A program made the position numbers and the translations under genes. A stretch of DNA of 63,996 bases, filler included, from Intoshia linei (lineage: Eukaryota > Animalia > Orthonectida): assembly GCA_001642005.1 (NCBI GenBank). It is 12 parts of 12 records of this genome, joined end to end, with 100 filler letters (N's around TTAATTAATTAA, not from the genome) between each part and the next. Parts side by side here need not be neighbours in the genome. Positions count along the whole stretch, not along the records: positions 1 to 28,320 come from LWCA01000413.1; 11 more parts are not named here. The stretch is one strand, 5' to 3'. Of this stretch, positions 12,501 to 28,420 are shown in pieces (position 1 is the stretch's first letter; each line of letters begins with the position of its first letter). The notes beneath the pieces are model-generated. The model was not told where the DNA came from. It was given only the letters and a program-made list of their open reading frames with translations, and did not search any database.

Positions 12501-12753
12501 CTGTTTTAAAATATAAATCTTTAATCTATAAATTAACCTCTTCGCCGACTATACAAACACCGGGGTAATTTTTTTGAAGAGATTTGATAATCATACATTG
12601 TGATTTTACATCTGCAATTGTTTGAAAATCGTTGTATCCTTTTTCCACAATTTCTAAATTACCATTCTTACGTACTTGTTTAATTATTTCCCCAGCTTTC
12701 AAGGATATATTGTAGCAATTTGCAACTAATCTAGTCAGTAAGGGCAAACTCAT
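6594..12753 (-). CDS. BPNT1: 3'(2'),5'-bisphosphate nucleotidase 1, canonical paralog A; exons 12753-12538, 10281-10159, 10109-10061, 10024-9887, 8589-8444, 6857-6594
   Basis: [52 protein letters not shown]; intron phases consistent and identical to paralog B. Confidence 0.92.
6905..8202 (+). mobile_element. Non-autonomous Helitron-like element, apparently full-length copy (BPNT1-A intron 5)
   Basis: A|TCCTTACTTATATAAT 5' end followed by TTTG/TG microsatellite; 3' hairpin ACTGTTTGTAC-GTA-GTACATAACAGT just before CTAG|T; no TSD; body repeated many times in window. Confidence 0.65.
8886..9572. mobile_element. pogo/Tigger-type MITE with a nested inverted-repeat element (~9165-9470)
   Basis: TIRs CAGTGGAATCCGCTTATAAGAGAC / GTCTCTTATAAGCGGATTCTACTG, TA on both sides; inner element has ~33-bp inverted ends and ~37-bp internal tandem units. 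Confidence 0.85.
10362..10548. mobile_element. hAT-type MITE (second copy inverted at ~14714-14899)
   Basis: Ends ...GTTCCCACAC / TTTGGGAAACGCTG; shared GTACCGG..GCGAACCGG core with the 14.7-kb copy. Confidence 0.6.
10567..12033 (+). mobile_element. Helitron-like family copy interrupted by a Tigger derivative (BPNT1-A intron 1)
   Basis: TCCTTACTTATATAAA start, body colinear with 6905-7700, candidate end CTAG|T at 12030-12034. Confidence 0.6.
10818..11261 (-). mobile_element. Internally deleted pogo/Tigger element (444 bp)
   Basis: TIRs CAGTAGAAGCTCTATATACTAAAAT / ATTTTAGTATATAAAGCTTCTACTG, TA TSD; minus strand retains [11 protein letters not shown] and [19 protein letters not shown] motifs. 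Confidence 0.9.
12065..12288. mobile_element. Mutator-like (9-bp TSD) foldback MITE
   Basis: Long inverted arms (CACTAAACAGTG...CACTGTTTAGTG) with internal subrepeats; perfect 9-bp direct repeat AATGTCAAG at 12056-12064 and 12289-12297. Confidence 0.85.
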
Positions 12754-13672
12754 AGTATTAAAATAAATTTATTGATAAATTTTGTAGTCAGATAAATTTA
12801 TTATTTTTTATTGAATCTGCAAATAATTAACATGTATGTCGCAAATTGCGATTGAAAATTACCAATACAAGTAATATAACATTAAATATTAGATGAAACT
12901 CGAAACTGGTTTTATTTAATGTAGTGTAAATATATTGTAGTATTGTTACTATATATATATATACTATTAATATTGTACAGTATGTCTAAAGTTGAAAATT
13001 CCAATCAATACATTCTCCTGATTTCCGATAAGTATAATATAAAACGTTCGATTTATAAATTTTTAAGGCGGAACATTTGTTAAAAAGGAAATGTTAACAA
13101 TGTATGCCATACTGAAAGTGTCAAAATATTAAAATTGTTTAATTCAGAAAAATAGTAAAAATCACTCGACTATTACAACCAAATTCATTTCCGCTAATGA
13201 AAATCGGGTATTGAACTTCTATAATTGAAGTATCAATTCCAAGTTTTTAAAAAATCAGAATAATTAAGATTAAGTCTCGTGAATTTTACATAAAATTTAT
13301 ATCAATTTGAGTCTTATACAATTCATCTTCGTGTATTATAGTAGTACATTAGATGCAAATTGTGTTCATTATTATAACTCGATTAATTATTAATAGTACT
13401 TAATTTAAGAAATTACGAAATGCAAATAAACATTTATAACACAAATAACAGATTATCACTGATACACATAATTGTAGACAAAATTGTGACACTATTATTA
13501 AGTGAATGGTGCAAAAATGTTTACATTTATGACCATTGCAATTGTAATTTACAATCTGTAATGCATTGTTATATACAAAATGTTAAAAAATGTGCGCGTT
13601 AAATTTACAACAATTTTACAGTTACTGTGAACATATTCATAGCAACTTGATTGAAATTTTCATAGTTGAAAA

Positions 13673-16600
13673 ATGAAATATAAATGTCCGTACGATAAAT
13701 GTACCAAAATCTATAAAACAAAATCTGGATTAACTAGTCACATGCGAGGACATGGTGGGTGTTTTTCTCCGAGAAGAATGTCTTTAAGAAATGAAAGTTT
13801 TGATGAACCTTTAAAATTTGATACAACTACTGGAAATATCGAAATTTTACTTGAATCGGAAAAAAAAATTGCATTAAATTTCAACATATCTACAAAAATG
13901 CCGATAATTAATGCTGAAGAATGTTACAATAAAAAAATACAAATTTACAAATCAAACGTTAATACTAAAGACGTTGTTCATAAAAATATTATTCAACAAG
14001 TCAAAAACCAGCAAAATGATACTTTAAAAGAAAATAATGTAAAAATCCCATCTTTTATGTACACAGGAAATATATACTGTGAAATTGGAGAAACACCTGA
14101 CAGAACTCAGAATCAATTGTTAGCCGTTAAAGGTGAACCTGTTGAATATGACTTGGATGAAGAGGTAATACATTCAGGTGTCATTATTTACAACAGGATT
14201 TTAAACCTTTTAATTGTGACCGGGTATGGTTAGATTTGAGCATTACAAACAAATACGGGTATCGGGTCATTTGGCCCGGGTCTACTACAATCATGAGGGC
14301 CTACTTGTTAAATTTATTAATTGGTAATATAGGAAAATTTCTTTACTATACCAAAATTTCGATGACCAATGCGATTTCCAACGGTTATTTTTAATTTTTA
14401 GACAATGAACGAGCTTCCAAAAAATATATTCCAAAAAATTTGATAAAGGGCCTACTGCTGGTTCTCCACGCCCATGTAAAAGGGTTAAGGAATGAATCTT
14501 AAAATTTTTTCATCAATTTGATTTATATTATTATTTACAGTGTAACTGATGGTGAAATTATGGCCAATTAAGTTAATTATAAATAAAAAATTTTAATTAG
14601 GATTTGGCCGTCTTTTTAATAATCTTGTCGTGATGATACGATAAATCTTTAGATTAAAATGGTGCAATATGAGTATTTTCTACCTTTAATGGTTAATTGG
14701 TTAATGATTAATGCAGCGTTTCCTAAATTCCGGTTCGCAGGCCAGTACCGGTCCCTAAAAAATTTTTACTAATTAAAAATCAATTTATTACGTTTTTATC
14801 AAAATATTTTTAATTTTGCCTAGTAATTTCGCCTTAATGGTGTGCAAAAATTTTATAACTTAATACCGGTCTGCTGTGTAAAAAGTATGCGAATCTCTGT
14901 ATTAATAACATGAATTGAATTTTTTTAAATACACATAAAAAATTAGAAAAGCCGTTTTACAATAGACCAGCGATTCTTAAATGCCGGCGCAAGGAAAAAT
15001 TTTTGACATTATTTTAAATAGAAATATTATAATTATCGTATCTTTTTTAACTTTTGGTTGGTAATTTCGTTTTAGTGGTAGGCAAGGAATTCTATATTAA
15101 ATTACCAAGCCGTAGTAAAGAAAATGTGGAAACCTTAAGATGTATCAGAATCATCTTTTTTTAATTGTAGAAGCGTTAAATTAAAATTTCGTATAATTTT
15201 TTGATAATGAAAAATTGCGTAGCAATGAAAAAAAACCAGATGGAATGAATTATTTCAAATTTTTTGTTTTAATAAAATAGTTTCGAAATAAAAAAATGAA
15301 TACTAAAGTGTTTTTTTGGTCGTGAAAGCGTTGCATTGTCAGATTGAAAATTTTTGTGTTGTTAGCTGGATATAACTGTGTGAATTGTGATGTTTTTTAA
15401 AATTGTAGGAAGATTTTAATTTTTTAAAAAAAGGGTAATGTGCGGTTTTGATCGTGAAAATCAACTTTTTTGGGTTTGCGATTTATGGTAATGTTGATAA
15501 TTTTAAAATTTTTATCAGATTGTGTATTTTTTATAATTCTAAGAGTGGTCTAAATTTAAAAAAAGGACAATTGAGGTTTTTGACATTGAAGGACTTAATT
15601 TCTGAAAATGAAATTTGCGATATAACATACTTTCGAAAAACTGTAAAAATCGAAATAGAAATATAGAATTTTTAAAACTTTACTCTTACTTTTTTAAATA
15701 AACTAGAACAAATAAATAAACAGACATGCATTTTAATTAAATTACTTTAAATGTAAGGACTAGGGTTACCAACATTAAGTTATTCTTAACCCGAATTTTT
15801 GAGCGAAGCGTGTTATGCAATTTCGACGAAGACGAACAATTTTTTTGGGGGCCTTTGGGCGTCTCTTTTTCAAAAAATAATAACAGTTTACACACAATTC
15901 TTATTGCAAATTTCAAAATGACTTCATGATGAAAACTTTAGAGAAAAAAACAAATGACAAGATCAAAATCAATTATTTTCGAAAATTATATTTTTGTTGA
16001 GTTTTGGCTATATTAATAAGGTTATTTGAGCAGGCTGTTTTAAGTAGTTCATAAAGTCTTTGCATTCCATGTTAAAGTTGATTTTTACACTTTTTTCTGC
16101 TTAAATTATTAGAAAAAAATTATAGAATATAAATAAAATATGTCTGATTTTATGATTTTGATTGAAATAATTAAATTACCCTGAAAAATATCACTTAACC
16201 ATGATCGCTGAGTTGAATTTGAAAACCAGAAATCTCAGGGGAAAAATAATGCAGTTGGTAACCCTAGTAAGGACTGTGTAAAAATAAATAAATATTTTTT
16301 TTTATGTAATTAAGGGTAGTTTTGTAAATAAATTTATTTTAGGATGTAGTCTGGCTTCGAATTATCAATGAAAGAAGACGAACGCGTAAAATTTATCCAG
16401 TTTCAATGGATATGTTTGAATTACTAATTGATCGGATGGAAAAAAGAGCTCAATTTTGTGAAATTAGAAAAAATGTAAAAAAATCCATAACCCCAGATAC
16501 AGACAAAAATGATTCAGAATCACCTATAAATTTACAAAATGAAAATTTATCTAATTTTAACAATGACGTGTGTTGTATTTGCCTTGACGGAACATGCGAA

Positions 16601-19600
16601 AATCATAATTTTATTTTATTTTGTGATATGTGTAATATTGCTGTACATCAAGAATGTTATGGAGTACCTTATATACCTGCTGGAAATTGGTGGTGTCGTC
16701 GTTGTTTACTTTCCCCATCGAATGCTGTTCAATGTCAACTTTGCCCTAACACAGGAGGAGCGTTAAAACCAACAATGGATGGTCGTTGGATGCATGTTAT
16801 TTGTGTTTTATGGATTCCTGAATTCACTTTTGGAAATGCAGTTTTTTTTGAACCGGTTGTAGAGGCTAAAAAAATGTCTACGAAATTTATCAAACAAGAG
16901 TGTTACATTTGTAACAAGAAAAATGTTGGTGTCTATATCCAATGTGATAGACGAAAAAGAGATCGTATTAGACGTTGTTCCAATTTTTATCATGTAACGT
17001 GTGCGCAATTGGTTGGGTTGCATATGCGGCTGGAACCTATAACCAAACTTTCGGATAAAGGTGCAACAGTTTCTGTAAAATCATCTTCATATTGTCATTT
17101 ACATGCTAAAGCAGATTACAGGTCTCTGATTGATGCAACCACAGATAAAGATCAGGATTTAAAATGTACTATAGGTTTGCAGGATGGTACTGATACATTA
17201 AATTTTATTCATCTACGCATGGAGAAGGCTAGGCAATATTTAAGTAACTTTTAGATTATTTAATAAAAATATTTATTTTTATATTAGATTCTCAACAAAA
17301 AAATAAGTGTTCAGTTACTCAACCCTTTATTAAAGAAGAAAAGATGAAGGAAATTGAAGATATGGTGGATATACCTGACAAGGAAGAATTTATGTCTAGA
17401 ATTAGAAGTTACTGGATGCTCAAAAGGCGATCTCAGAATGGTGTTCCATTAATTAAGAGATTACAGTTGCCGGGACCACATTTGAAATCGACATTAATTG
17501 AAGAGAATGCAAAGGTATTGCTAATAAAAAATTATCTTTCAATCGTTTCCAAATTTCAAAATTAGTTATAGTCATTACTAATAATGTTTTAGTTTATATT
17601 TGCAAACGATGCATAGTGTCATATGGCCCCTAGCCACCTAAAAAAGTCTATTGGTGTGATTTTTAAATTTAATACAGAAAATAGTTGATATTCAAGAATA
17701 AATATTTTTTAATACTCAATTTGCAAAATGAGGAGTCTATTTTACCAAAATTTTGCAAGGTCCATGAAGAGGGGTATCTGGGTTCGGCATTGGGTCCATA
17801 TTTACTGTGGCAAACGTTGTTGTATATTTTAAATTGTAATAATATTTTTAGATCCACAAATTAGACACTGATTTCAACGTTGAAAAATTGGAGCCAAAAC
17901 TAAAAATCTCTAAAAAAAATAAACCGCATGGCAATATAAAAGATTCAAAGAAATCAAAATTAAATGAAGAAAAATCGATCTCTGCATCTTTAAATTCCAA
18001 AGAGGAATTGGTTAACAAATATTTCAGCATGATTACAATTCGATCACAACTTGAAAAAGCTAGACTTGTTATAGAGATGATTCGAAAAAGAGAAATAATT
18101 AAGCTTAAATTGGTAAAACTTGAAATTTTTATATTTTTTTAATTATAATTTATAATTTAGGCAAAATTAAAAGAAACTGAAATTAATTTATTAATGAATA
18201 CAAAAAATTTGATATTTTCAGATATCATGCAAATTTTAAAATATTTTGATTCAACCTGCGCATTTCACGATAAAAACTTTGATTATATACAGAAATTCAA
18301 AAATATGTCGTTGGATGGTATTCATTTAAAAATTGTGCAAAGTGATTACAAGTATTTGAATCAATTATTTAATGATTTTAAGTCCATTTTCAAAAACCAT
18401 CAAAGCTGTTCAAATTCTGTCAATGATGTAAGTATTGAGCTGTTTCGGTACAAGGTTTTTGTTTTTAAAATATATGCTTATTTTATATTAGGTTAATTAT
18501 ACATTTTTTTTGATAAAAGTGTTTTTCCATCAATATCCTATTAATATTTTCTTAAACAATGCAAAATGTTTAAATAATAAATTGAAAAAACGTATCATTA
18601 TTTATTTTTAGTTTTTAAATTAATTTAGACGTATCTACTGTAAAATTTAATATTAAAAACTCTACAAACGAGGAAGAACAATTATCTCATTTACACACTA
18701 TTTTGACACATGTCAGAAACATTAAAAAAGGTTATATTTACTTTTAACGTGTCCGTTTATGTTTTACATTTTAAAATGTTGCTTTGGTTTAAAATTTTTT
18801 ATTTTTGAAATTCTAAAAATTAATTATATATGATTGTAATTTCACTATTTTAAAATTGTTATTTTGTCTTGAAATCATTGTGTTCTGCTTGAATAATTCT
18901 TATTATATATATCTTGGAATTAAAAATATTAACGTACGATAATATTGTGAAATATCTGGATTATATTGATTATTTCAAAAAAAATCTAAAACATTTACTT
19001 GAGTGGTTCCTAATTCAGATAGTGTACGGATTCCGTTTCAAAATATTTATTTTTTTTGGGGTTTGATAAGTCGATTTTTGCCTTAGTGTTTAAAATGGTA
19101 ATTTTTATTAAAATTGATATGATTTTTGAAATGATAATGTAGCGGTCGTCTTAGTTTTTTTATATTTTATTTGAATCTCACGGACCCCATTCATATATTT
19201 TTTGGGCCCCAATAGGGAAAAACTGTCTTAAAGCGACATAATCATCGATTTAAATAATTTATCATATTATTGATTTTTTTCACGAAGTTTTTAAAGATTT
19301 TGAAGATAATTTTGGGACTTTGTCTGTGTTACCTTTTAATTAAGAAATTAAAGAATCCTAGAATTAAATAAACCCAGTTTTTTGAGAGTGATGTTTTATC
19401 GCAATTTTCATTTTCACAAATTGAGTCCTTCATGGTTAAAAACCCAAATTACACTTTATTTTAAAAATAAAATTTTCAAAAAAGTTTTTGAATTGTAAAA
19501 AATATAAATTCTGGGAAATATATAAGAAAAATATTTTAAAATCATGATCATGATCATTATCATAAATCGCAACTTAAAAACTTGTATTTTTATGATTAAA

Positions 19601-22600
19601 ACCTCATATTACGCTGTTTTCAATAAATGAAAATGAGTTTTAGAATTTTATATTAAATTAAAGCTTATACCGTTATTTTCAGTTAACATACACATAAAGT
19701 TTCAGTCTCACAAATTGACGCCTTCACTGTCAAAACAACACTTTATTATTGATTTTTTATATGGTCTATTACAAAGGTGGGGAAGCAATTACTGTTCGAA
19801 TGCTGCACTAACATTCCAAAAAGATTTAATAAGGCCGCACCTTTCTAAATAAAATTTAATCAAATACAGCAGTTCTTTTCATAGGGGTGAATACGAAAAT
19901 TTTAGATGAGTGGTGTGAATTAGTGAATGATATTCGATTAATCGCTTACAATAATCGGAGAAAAATAATCGGATTTTCAAAAATTTATATATGAATACTA
20001 AAATGCTTTTTTGACAGTAAAGTCATCACTTATTCGGATTAAAATTTTTTGTGTGTGTTAACAGGATACAACTGTACCAAGAGCCGTAATAAGGCATGGG
20101 CAATATGGGATGTAGCCCAGGGCCACTCATTAAAAAAGCCCCGAATTAATAAAAGTACTTTACACTTATATTTTAAAAAGAGGGCCCCAATTTATTAAAA
20201 AATACTTCACACTTATATCTTAAGAAACTGTTTATAAGTTTTGAAGTATGGGAATTCAAATAGCTAGAAAAAAAATAGTTTAAAGAATCAAAGTTCTGGT
20301 AAATATTCAATTTAAAATATATTCTACAATATTCATCATATAATATTGACATAAAAACTGTTTCAAATAATAATATTAAACATTAAAACCTTTCTATTAA
20401 CCGTTTACTGTCCGCACATAGAAATGACACGATTCTGAAATAAATTTGAGAAGAATATACGATAAATTTTGCTAACTAACAATAATAACCTTTTAAAAAA
20501 AAATTAGTTCATTAATACGTGCTAATTACGAGTGTTCCAGTAATGGAACATTGGTAACATTGGGTACTAAAACACAAATTATTTTATTTAATATGATAAA
20601 TCTTAAAACATTTTAAGTGCATATTTTTGTGACATTTTTCACATAATTTGTATTCTTATGACACACTGTACATCGCGCCTGTTTCGATTGACTAATCAAG
20701 TAATGATTTAATCCATCAAATCTGAGCTCCTGTGGTGGGTTTGAACCAGGTCCAGATAATATACTATTTGTCATAGATGATTCACTTTTGACAAGATATA
20801 CAGCAAGAGCGCATCGAAAAGAAAGGTGTGATTCCTTCATATTATCAATAAATATACAATTTAAAAATATTACTATTTTGATAAATTCTCCATGATGCTA
20901 ACACTGAAAAATTAGCTACATTGATAAACAAATTTCAATACCACTTTTTTTTTGCAATTTTGGTCGATAGGATGATAATAATTTGTCCATTAAATCAACA
21001 CCACCCATAGATTTATTATATGAAACAATTAATAAAGACAGATCAATTATTTTTTTCGATTTAGATTGTCTACACCACCTCCTAGTTTTTTTAATATGAT
21101 AACACCTAAAACAAATAAATATAATATATTATAATTATACAATACCTTCAAAATTTGAACCAACTGTAACAATAGCATTGTCTTTCCATCGACAAAACAG
21201 ACATGAAGCATCATTAATATGATTCATGCATCCTTTTTCTTGTTTTTTTATTATCGATTCAGATATCAGAGGAGCACTGTTGGTTCTATTATTATGTTGT
21301 TCAGCTACATCATCAGGAAGAATGTCCATTCCTTTGACCAAATCATTTTCATCATCTGTTAATTGACCATTATTATCTGGTAGCAAAAGAGATATGCTTG
21401 CGGTTTGATCCAAATCTTGTAAAACTTCTTCAACAAGTGTTTTTTTGACATACTAACAATTTATTTTAATTTAAGTCAATTTAATGAAATTGATTGTAAA
21501 TAAAATTATAATATAACTAAGTAGATAGTGATTAAAATTTGAAATTAAAGTGAAACACACACAAACAAGAATCGCGTAGCATATTATATAAGTAAGGATA
21601 ATTGGTTTTTCTGTTAAAAATTTTAAATTCCGATTAATCGGATAATCGTTGTTCAAATAACCGGAATTATTTGATAACCGGTTTTTCAAATTTTCGAATA
21701 ATCAGTACTCCATAGTGTGAATGATATATTTTATTCAAATTTAGTAAAATATTATAAGAAAAAATCCCATTTTACCAATTTTTTAAATCAAAAACCGCTC
21801 TATCTGATCCCAAAAGAAAAGAACCTAATTTTACCAAAAATTAATACATAACAGTATTTTAAAAATAATATAATAAATACAACAATTTAAATTTTTCAGA
21901 AGGTTGCGCTTTCTCTATTTCTGGTCTATTATTACAAAAAATATACAATAGCCATATAATTTAAAAAGTGATTATATTGATATTTTGATACAGTTTACAG
22001 TCAAATTGGGACTTAAAGACGTGATGACAATGATAAAAATATTTTCAGTTTTTTTACGAGTGTATTATATTATTTCACTCAGTGACTCGTGCATCCTAAA
22101 ATATTTTTGTTTTTATTGAAATTATTTTACCTGGAACCAGGGATCAAAGTTTATGTAACTGATCACATTAAATGTTATTGTCACGGTTTATCCACCTCTA
22201 GGTTAATGAAAATGTATGGACCTTGTTTTTATGTTATATATTAAAAATTTGGTTAATGTATTCAATTTTAATTTAGGAAAATGGGCTAAACTTGAATTAT
22301 TAAAGATGGAAATTTCTGATTATTTGAATGAAAGTGAATTTACTAAATTAAATGACAAGAAAGCCGTAAAAGTAATGAATTTAATTGAACTCCAAGATGA
22401 AAAAACAATTTTAACAAATCCAAAATTAAAAAAGAATGGAAATTATCTACAGAAAAGTAAACCAACATTAAAACCCAGTGAAATTGAATCAAATTCAAAC
22501 TTGGAATCTCTAGAAAATGAACCCAAAGAAACAATTTATAATGACAAAATATCAAAACCAAAATTAAACAAAAAAACTAAGAATCAACCTCAAAAACCCA

Positions 22601-22767
22601 CCAAACGAAAAAACAATGTATCTATTCCAAGAAAATCAAAAAGACAGAAACTAAAATATAAAAGTGACTCTTTTGTAGCAATTTCACCTGAATATAAAAA
22701 CTGCCTAACAAGTTCCAACAAATACCCCAGTAGACACAACTACTTAACAAACCACGACGAATGTTGA
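13673..22767 (+). CDS. BRPF1: BRPF1/BRD1 (peregrin-like) MYST-complex scaffold; exons 13673-14164, 16343-17243, 17288-17514, 17852-18112, 18161-18453, ~18492-18591, ~18629-18730, 22278-22767
   Basis: N-terminal C2H2 finger (YKCPYDKC..H), EPC-I (VEYDLDEEDVVWL..FELLIDRMEK), PHD-knuckle-PHD (CCIC..CDMCNIAVHQECYGV..CQLC..HVIC..CYIC..HVTCA..CHLH), EPC-II (YWMLKRRSQNGVPLIKRLQ; RSQLEKARLVIEMIRKRE), bromodomain remnant, EEQL..KMEI helix. Confidence 0.9.
15180..15760 (-). mobile_element. Helitron-like family copy (BRPF1 intron 1)
   Basis: Reverse complement of family body; ends in GTAAGGA. Confidence 0.6.
15761..16266. mobile_element. hAT-type MITE
   Basis: TIRs TAGGGTTACCAAC / GTTGGTAACCCTA; perfect 8-bp TSD GTAAGGAC. 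Confidence 0.9.
20400..21470 (-). mobile_element. Decayed piggyBac (PGBD2/3-like) transposon in BRPF1 intron
   Basis: Fragments RWKDNAIVTVGSNFEG, YNKSMGGVDLMD, KKWY, and Cys-rich tail LRFDGLNHYLISQSKQARCTVCHKNT; frameshifted and deleted. Confidence 0.85.
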
Positions 22768-23594
22768 ATATTAAATTATTTTTATATTTAATTTCATTGT
22801 AATTTTCTTATACATAATTTATCGATAAGTTCGTGATTAAATTCTGTTCACATGTACTGGTTATTGACTTTAAGCAAGTGGTTTACATCCACAATGTGAG
22901 AATAATCAATTTATTGAAAAAAGATTTAAATTTATTGTGCATATCGATTGAATTCAAACTCGGGTTTTAAATTAACATTTAATCAAGATATATTTGCCAT
23001 AGATCAATTCTTTTTGTCATGATTTTGATTTAAATTCGAAAAATTAAGAAATTTATTAAAAGTAATATTATTTATTTATATACTACAAGAGTTAGGTTCC
23101 ATTACCTTTGTATTAATTTACAAAAATTGAAATTGTAACATTTATTTACTGTAATTTAAATTTTTGTTTTAAACTTTAAAATTTAGATTAAATTGGAATT
23201 TTAGAATCTAAACGATTTATATATTTGAGATACATTTTTTCAATTGCTTGTAGTATTTGAATGTAATTCTGATATTTTATTATTATAAATTTATGATTTG
23301 TATAATAAGTATAACATTTCTGCAATAATTACTACGAAATTAATTAAAATGCATAAATTAATTGAATAAATATTCGAGTCACACAAAAGTGTATTTACAA
23401 TTATGTAAAATGAAAATGACCTCAAGAATAAACAATATAAATCTAAACCAATAAACAAATGTTGCAATATTTTTAATACTGGTCAATTGGTCAATTATTT
23501 GTTTTCACTACTGAAATAAATTATACCATATTTTCAATTAGTTTTTATCTATATTCAAAAATGACATTGCAATTTTTATCTTTATGTATAGATC

Positions 23595-26780
<3,186 letters not shown>

Positions 26781-26924
26781 TAAAAATTAAATTAATTATA
26801 ATTAATCTACTGGTGGAGAATTTTAAAACATTTTTTTTTATTACGTCTTGTATGCATTTTTGTTGACAAAAATTAACATTTTTTTCACATGTTAATATTT
26901 ATTATAATTTATCAACTTTATATA

Positions 26925-28320
26925 CAGTATTGGCTATATAATTATAATAATTTATATAAAATTGTAAATATGGTTATATCTTTTGTTATTTTAACATTAG
27001 ATTATAATATAGAGCAAATATAGCAAGCTGAATTTTCATTCATATAGAAAATGGATTGTTAAACATTAATCCAACAAATAATTAATTCTAATTCAAATGC
27101 GCATCTAAAATATTGCGTATTTAGATTAACACTATAGAGAGACAAAAATATGAACTTCTTTTTGTTATTCACGTAATCGGTGCTAATATCGTTTTAAAAT
27201 AAATCCTATCATTGTTATAGTTCTGCACGTTTATTTTTATTTTTGAAATTTCTTCATCTGCTATGGGAAAAAAACAGGACATTTCTTCTGAAAAAAAATC
27301 TATTATAATTGGTTTAATAGAAAATACTAATTGGAGTCAAAAAAAAAATTGTGATAGAATTGGTGTATCGTAATCATATGTATCTTTGCTAAAAAAAAGT
27401 ACCTCAAAAACAGACGGATTGAATGTATCCAAAAGGAAAAACTGTGGCAGGAAAATGGGACAGATGAAAGAACTGATAGAATTATTATTAGAACCGCACT
27501 GGAAAACAGAAATTTCAGTTGCAATGAAATCGTATCTAAACTTAAAATCAAAAATATTAATTTATCAAGAAGAACAGTGAACCGTAGACTTTTAGATGCA
27601 GGATACAAATCATACAAAAAAATTCTAAAACCCCTCCTTTCTACACGAATGAAAAAATCAAGGATGGAATGGGCAAAGTTACATCAAAATTGGAAAGAGA
27701 ACGATTGGAGTAAGGTTAGTGCTTTCAATATTAACAAAAATATAATTATATTTAAATTAATCAATTAATATTAATTAATGTTTTGTAGGAAATATATGAT
27801 TTTTTAGGTTATATTCTCGGATGAATCTATGATAACTGTCATGTGTGATCGATCAACTCGAGTTCGGAGAAAATCCAGTGAATCCTCAAGATCAGATTGT
27901 GTAAGACAAACTGTAAAATTTCCAGCGAAAGTGATGGTATGGGGTGCTATATCCGTAAAAGGTATGAGCAAATTCCAGATAATTGAATGGACCAAAAAGT
28001 GTACAAGAATGTGATGGAATTATTTCTCAATGAAATTCCCCATTTGTTTGACAATACTGATTACACATTTCAACAAGATTCCGCACCATGTCACAAAGCA
28101 AAGTCTATAATGACGTTCTTTGAAAATAAGGGTATTACTCTGTTGAAATGGACAGAAAATTCTCCTGATATGAACCCAATTGAAAATATTTGGTCAATTC
28201 TGAAGGATGAAGTTCATAAAGTATAAATTAATACAAAAACACAATTGATTGATCGATTACACAAGGTTTGGAACTATTCTCCAAGAATTAAAGAATTATC
28301 GAAAGAGTTGATTATTGGGA
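26925..28320 (+). mobile_element. Tc1 (DD34E) transposon, frameshifted, with an intron at 27715-27807
   Basis: TA|CAGTATTG terminus; MGKKQDIS HTH start at 27263; WSK|VIFSDES, VMVWG, FQQDSAPCH, SPDMNPIENIW with 34 residues between D and E; truncated by gap. Confidence 0.9.
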
Positions 28321-28420
28321 NNNNNNNNNNNNNNNNNNNNNNNNNNNNNNNNNNNNNNNNNNNNTTAATTAATTAANNNNNNNNNNNNNNNNNNNNNNNN
28401 NNNNNNNNNNNNNNNNNNNN
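28321..28420. other. Artificial contig spacer (also 32445, 36941, 41690, 50489, 53213, 55993, 57292, 58512, 61672, 62879)
   Basis: Identical 100-nt N-run with central TTAATTAATTAA (stops in all six frames). Confidence 0.98.
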
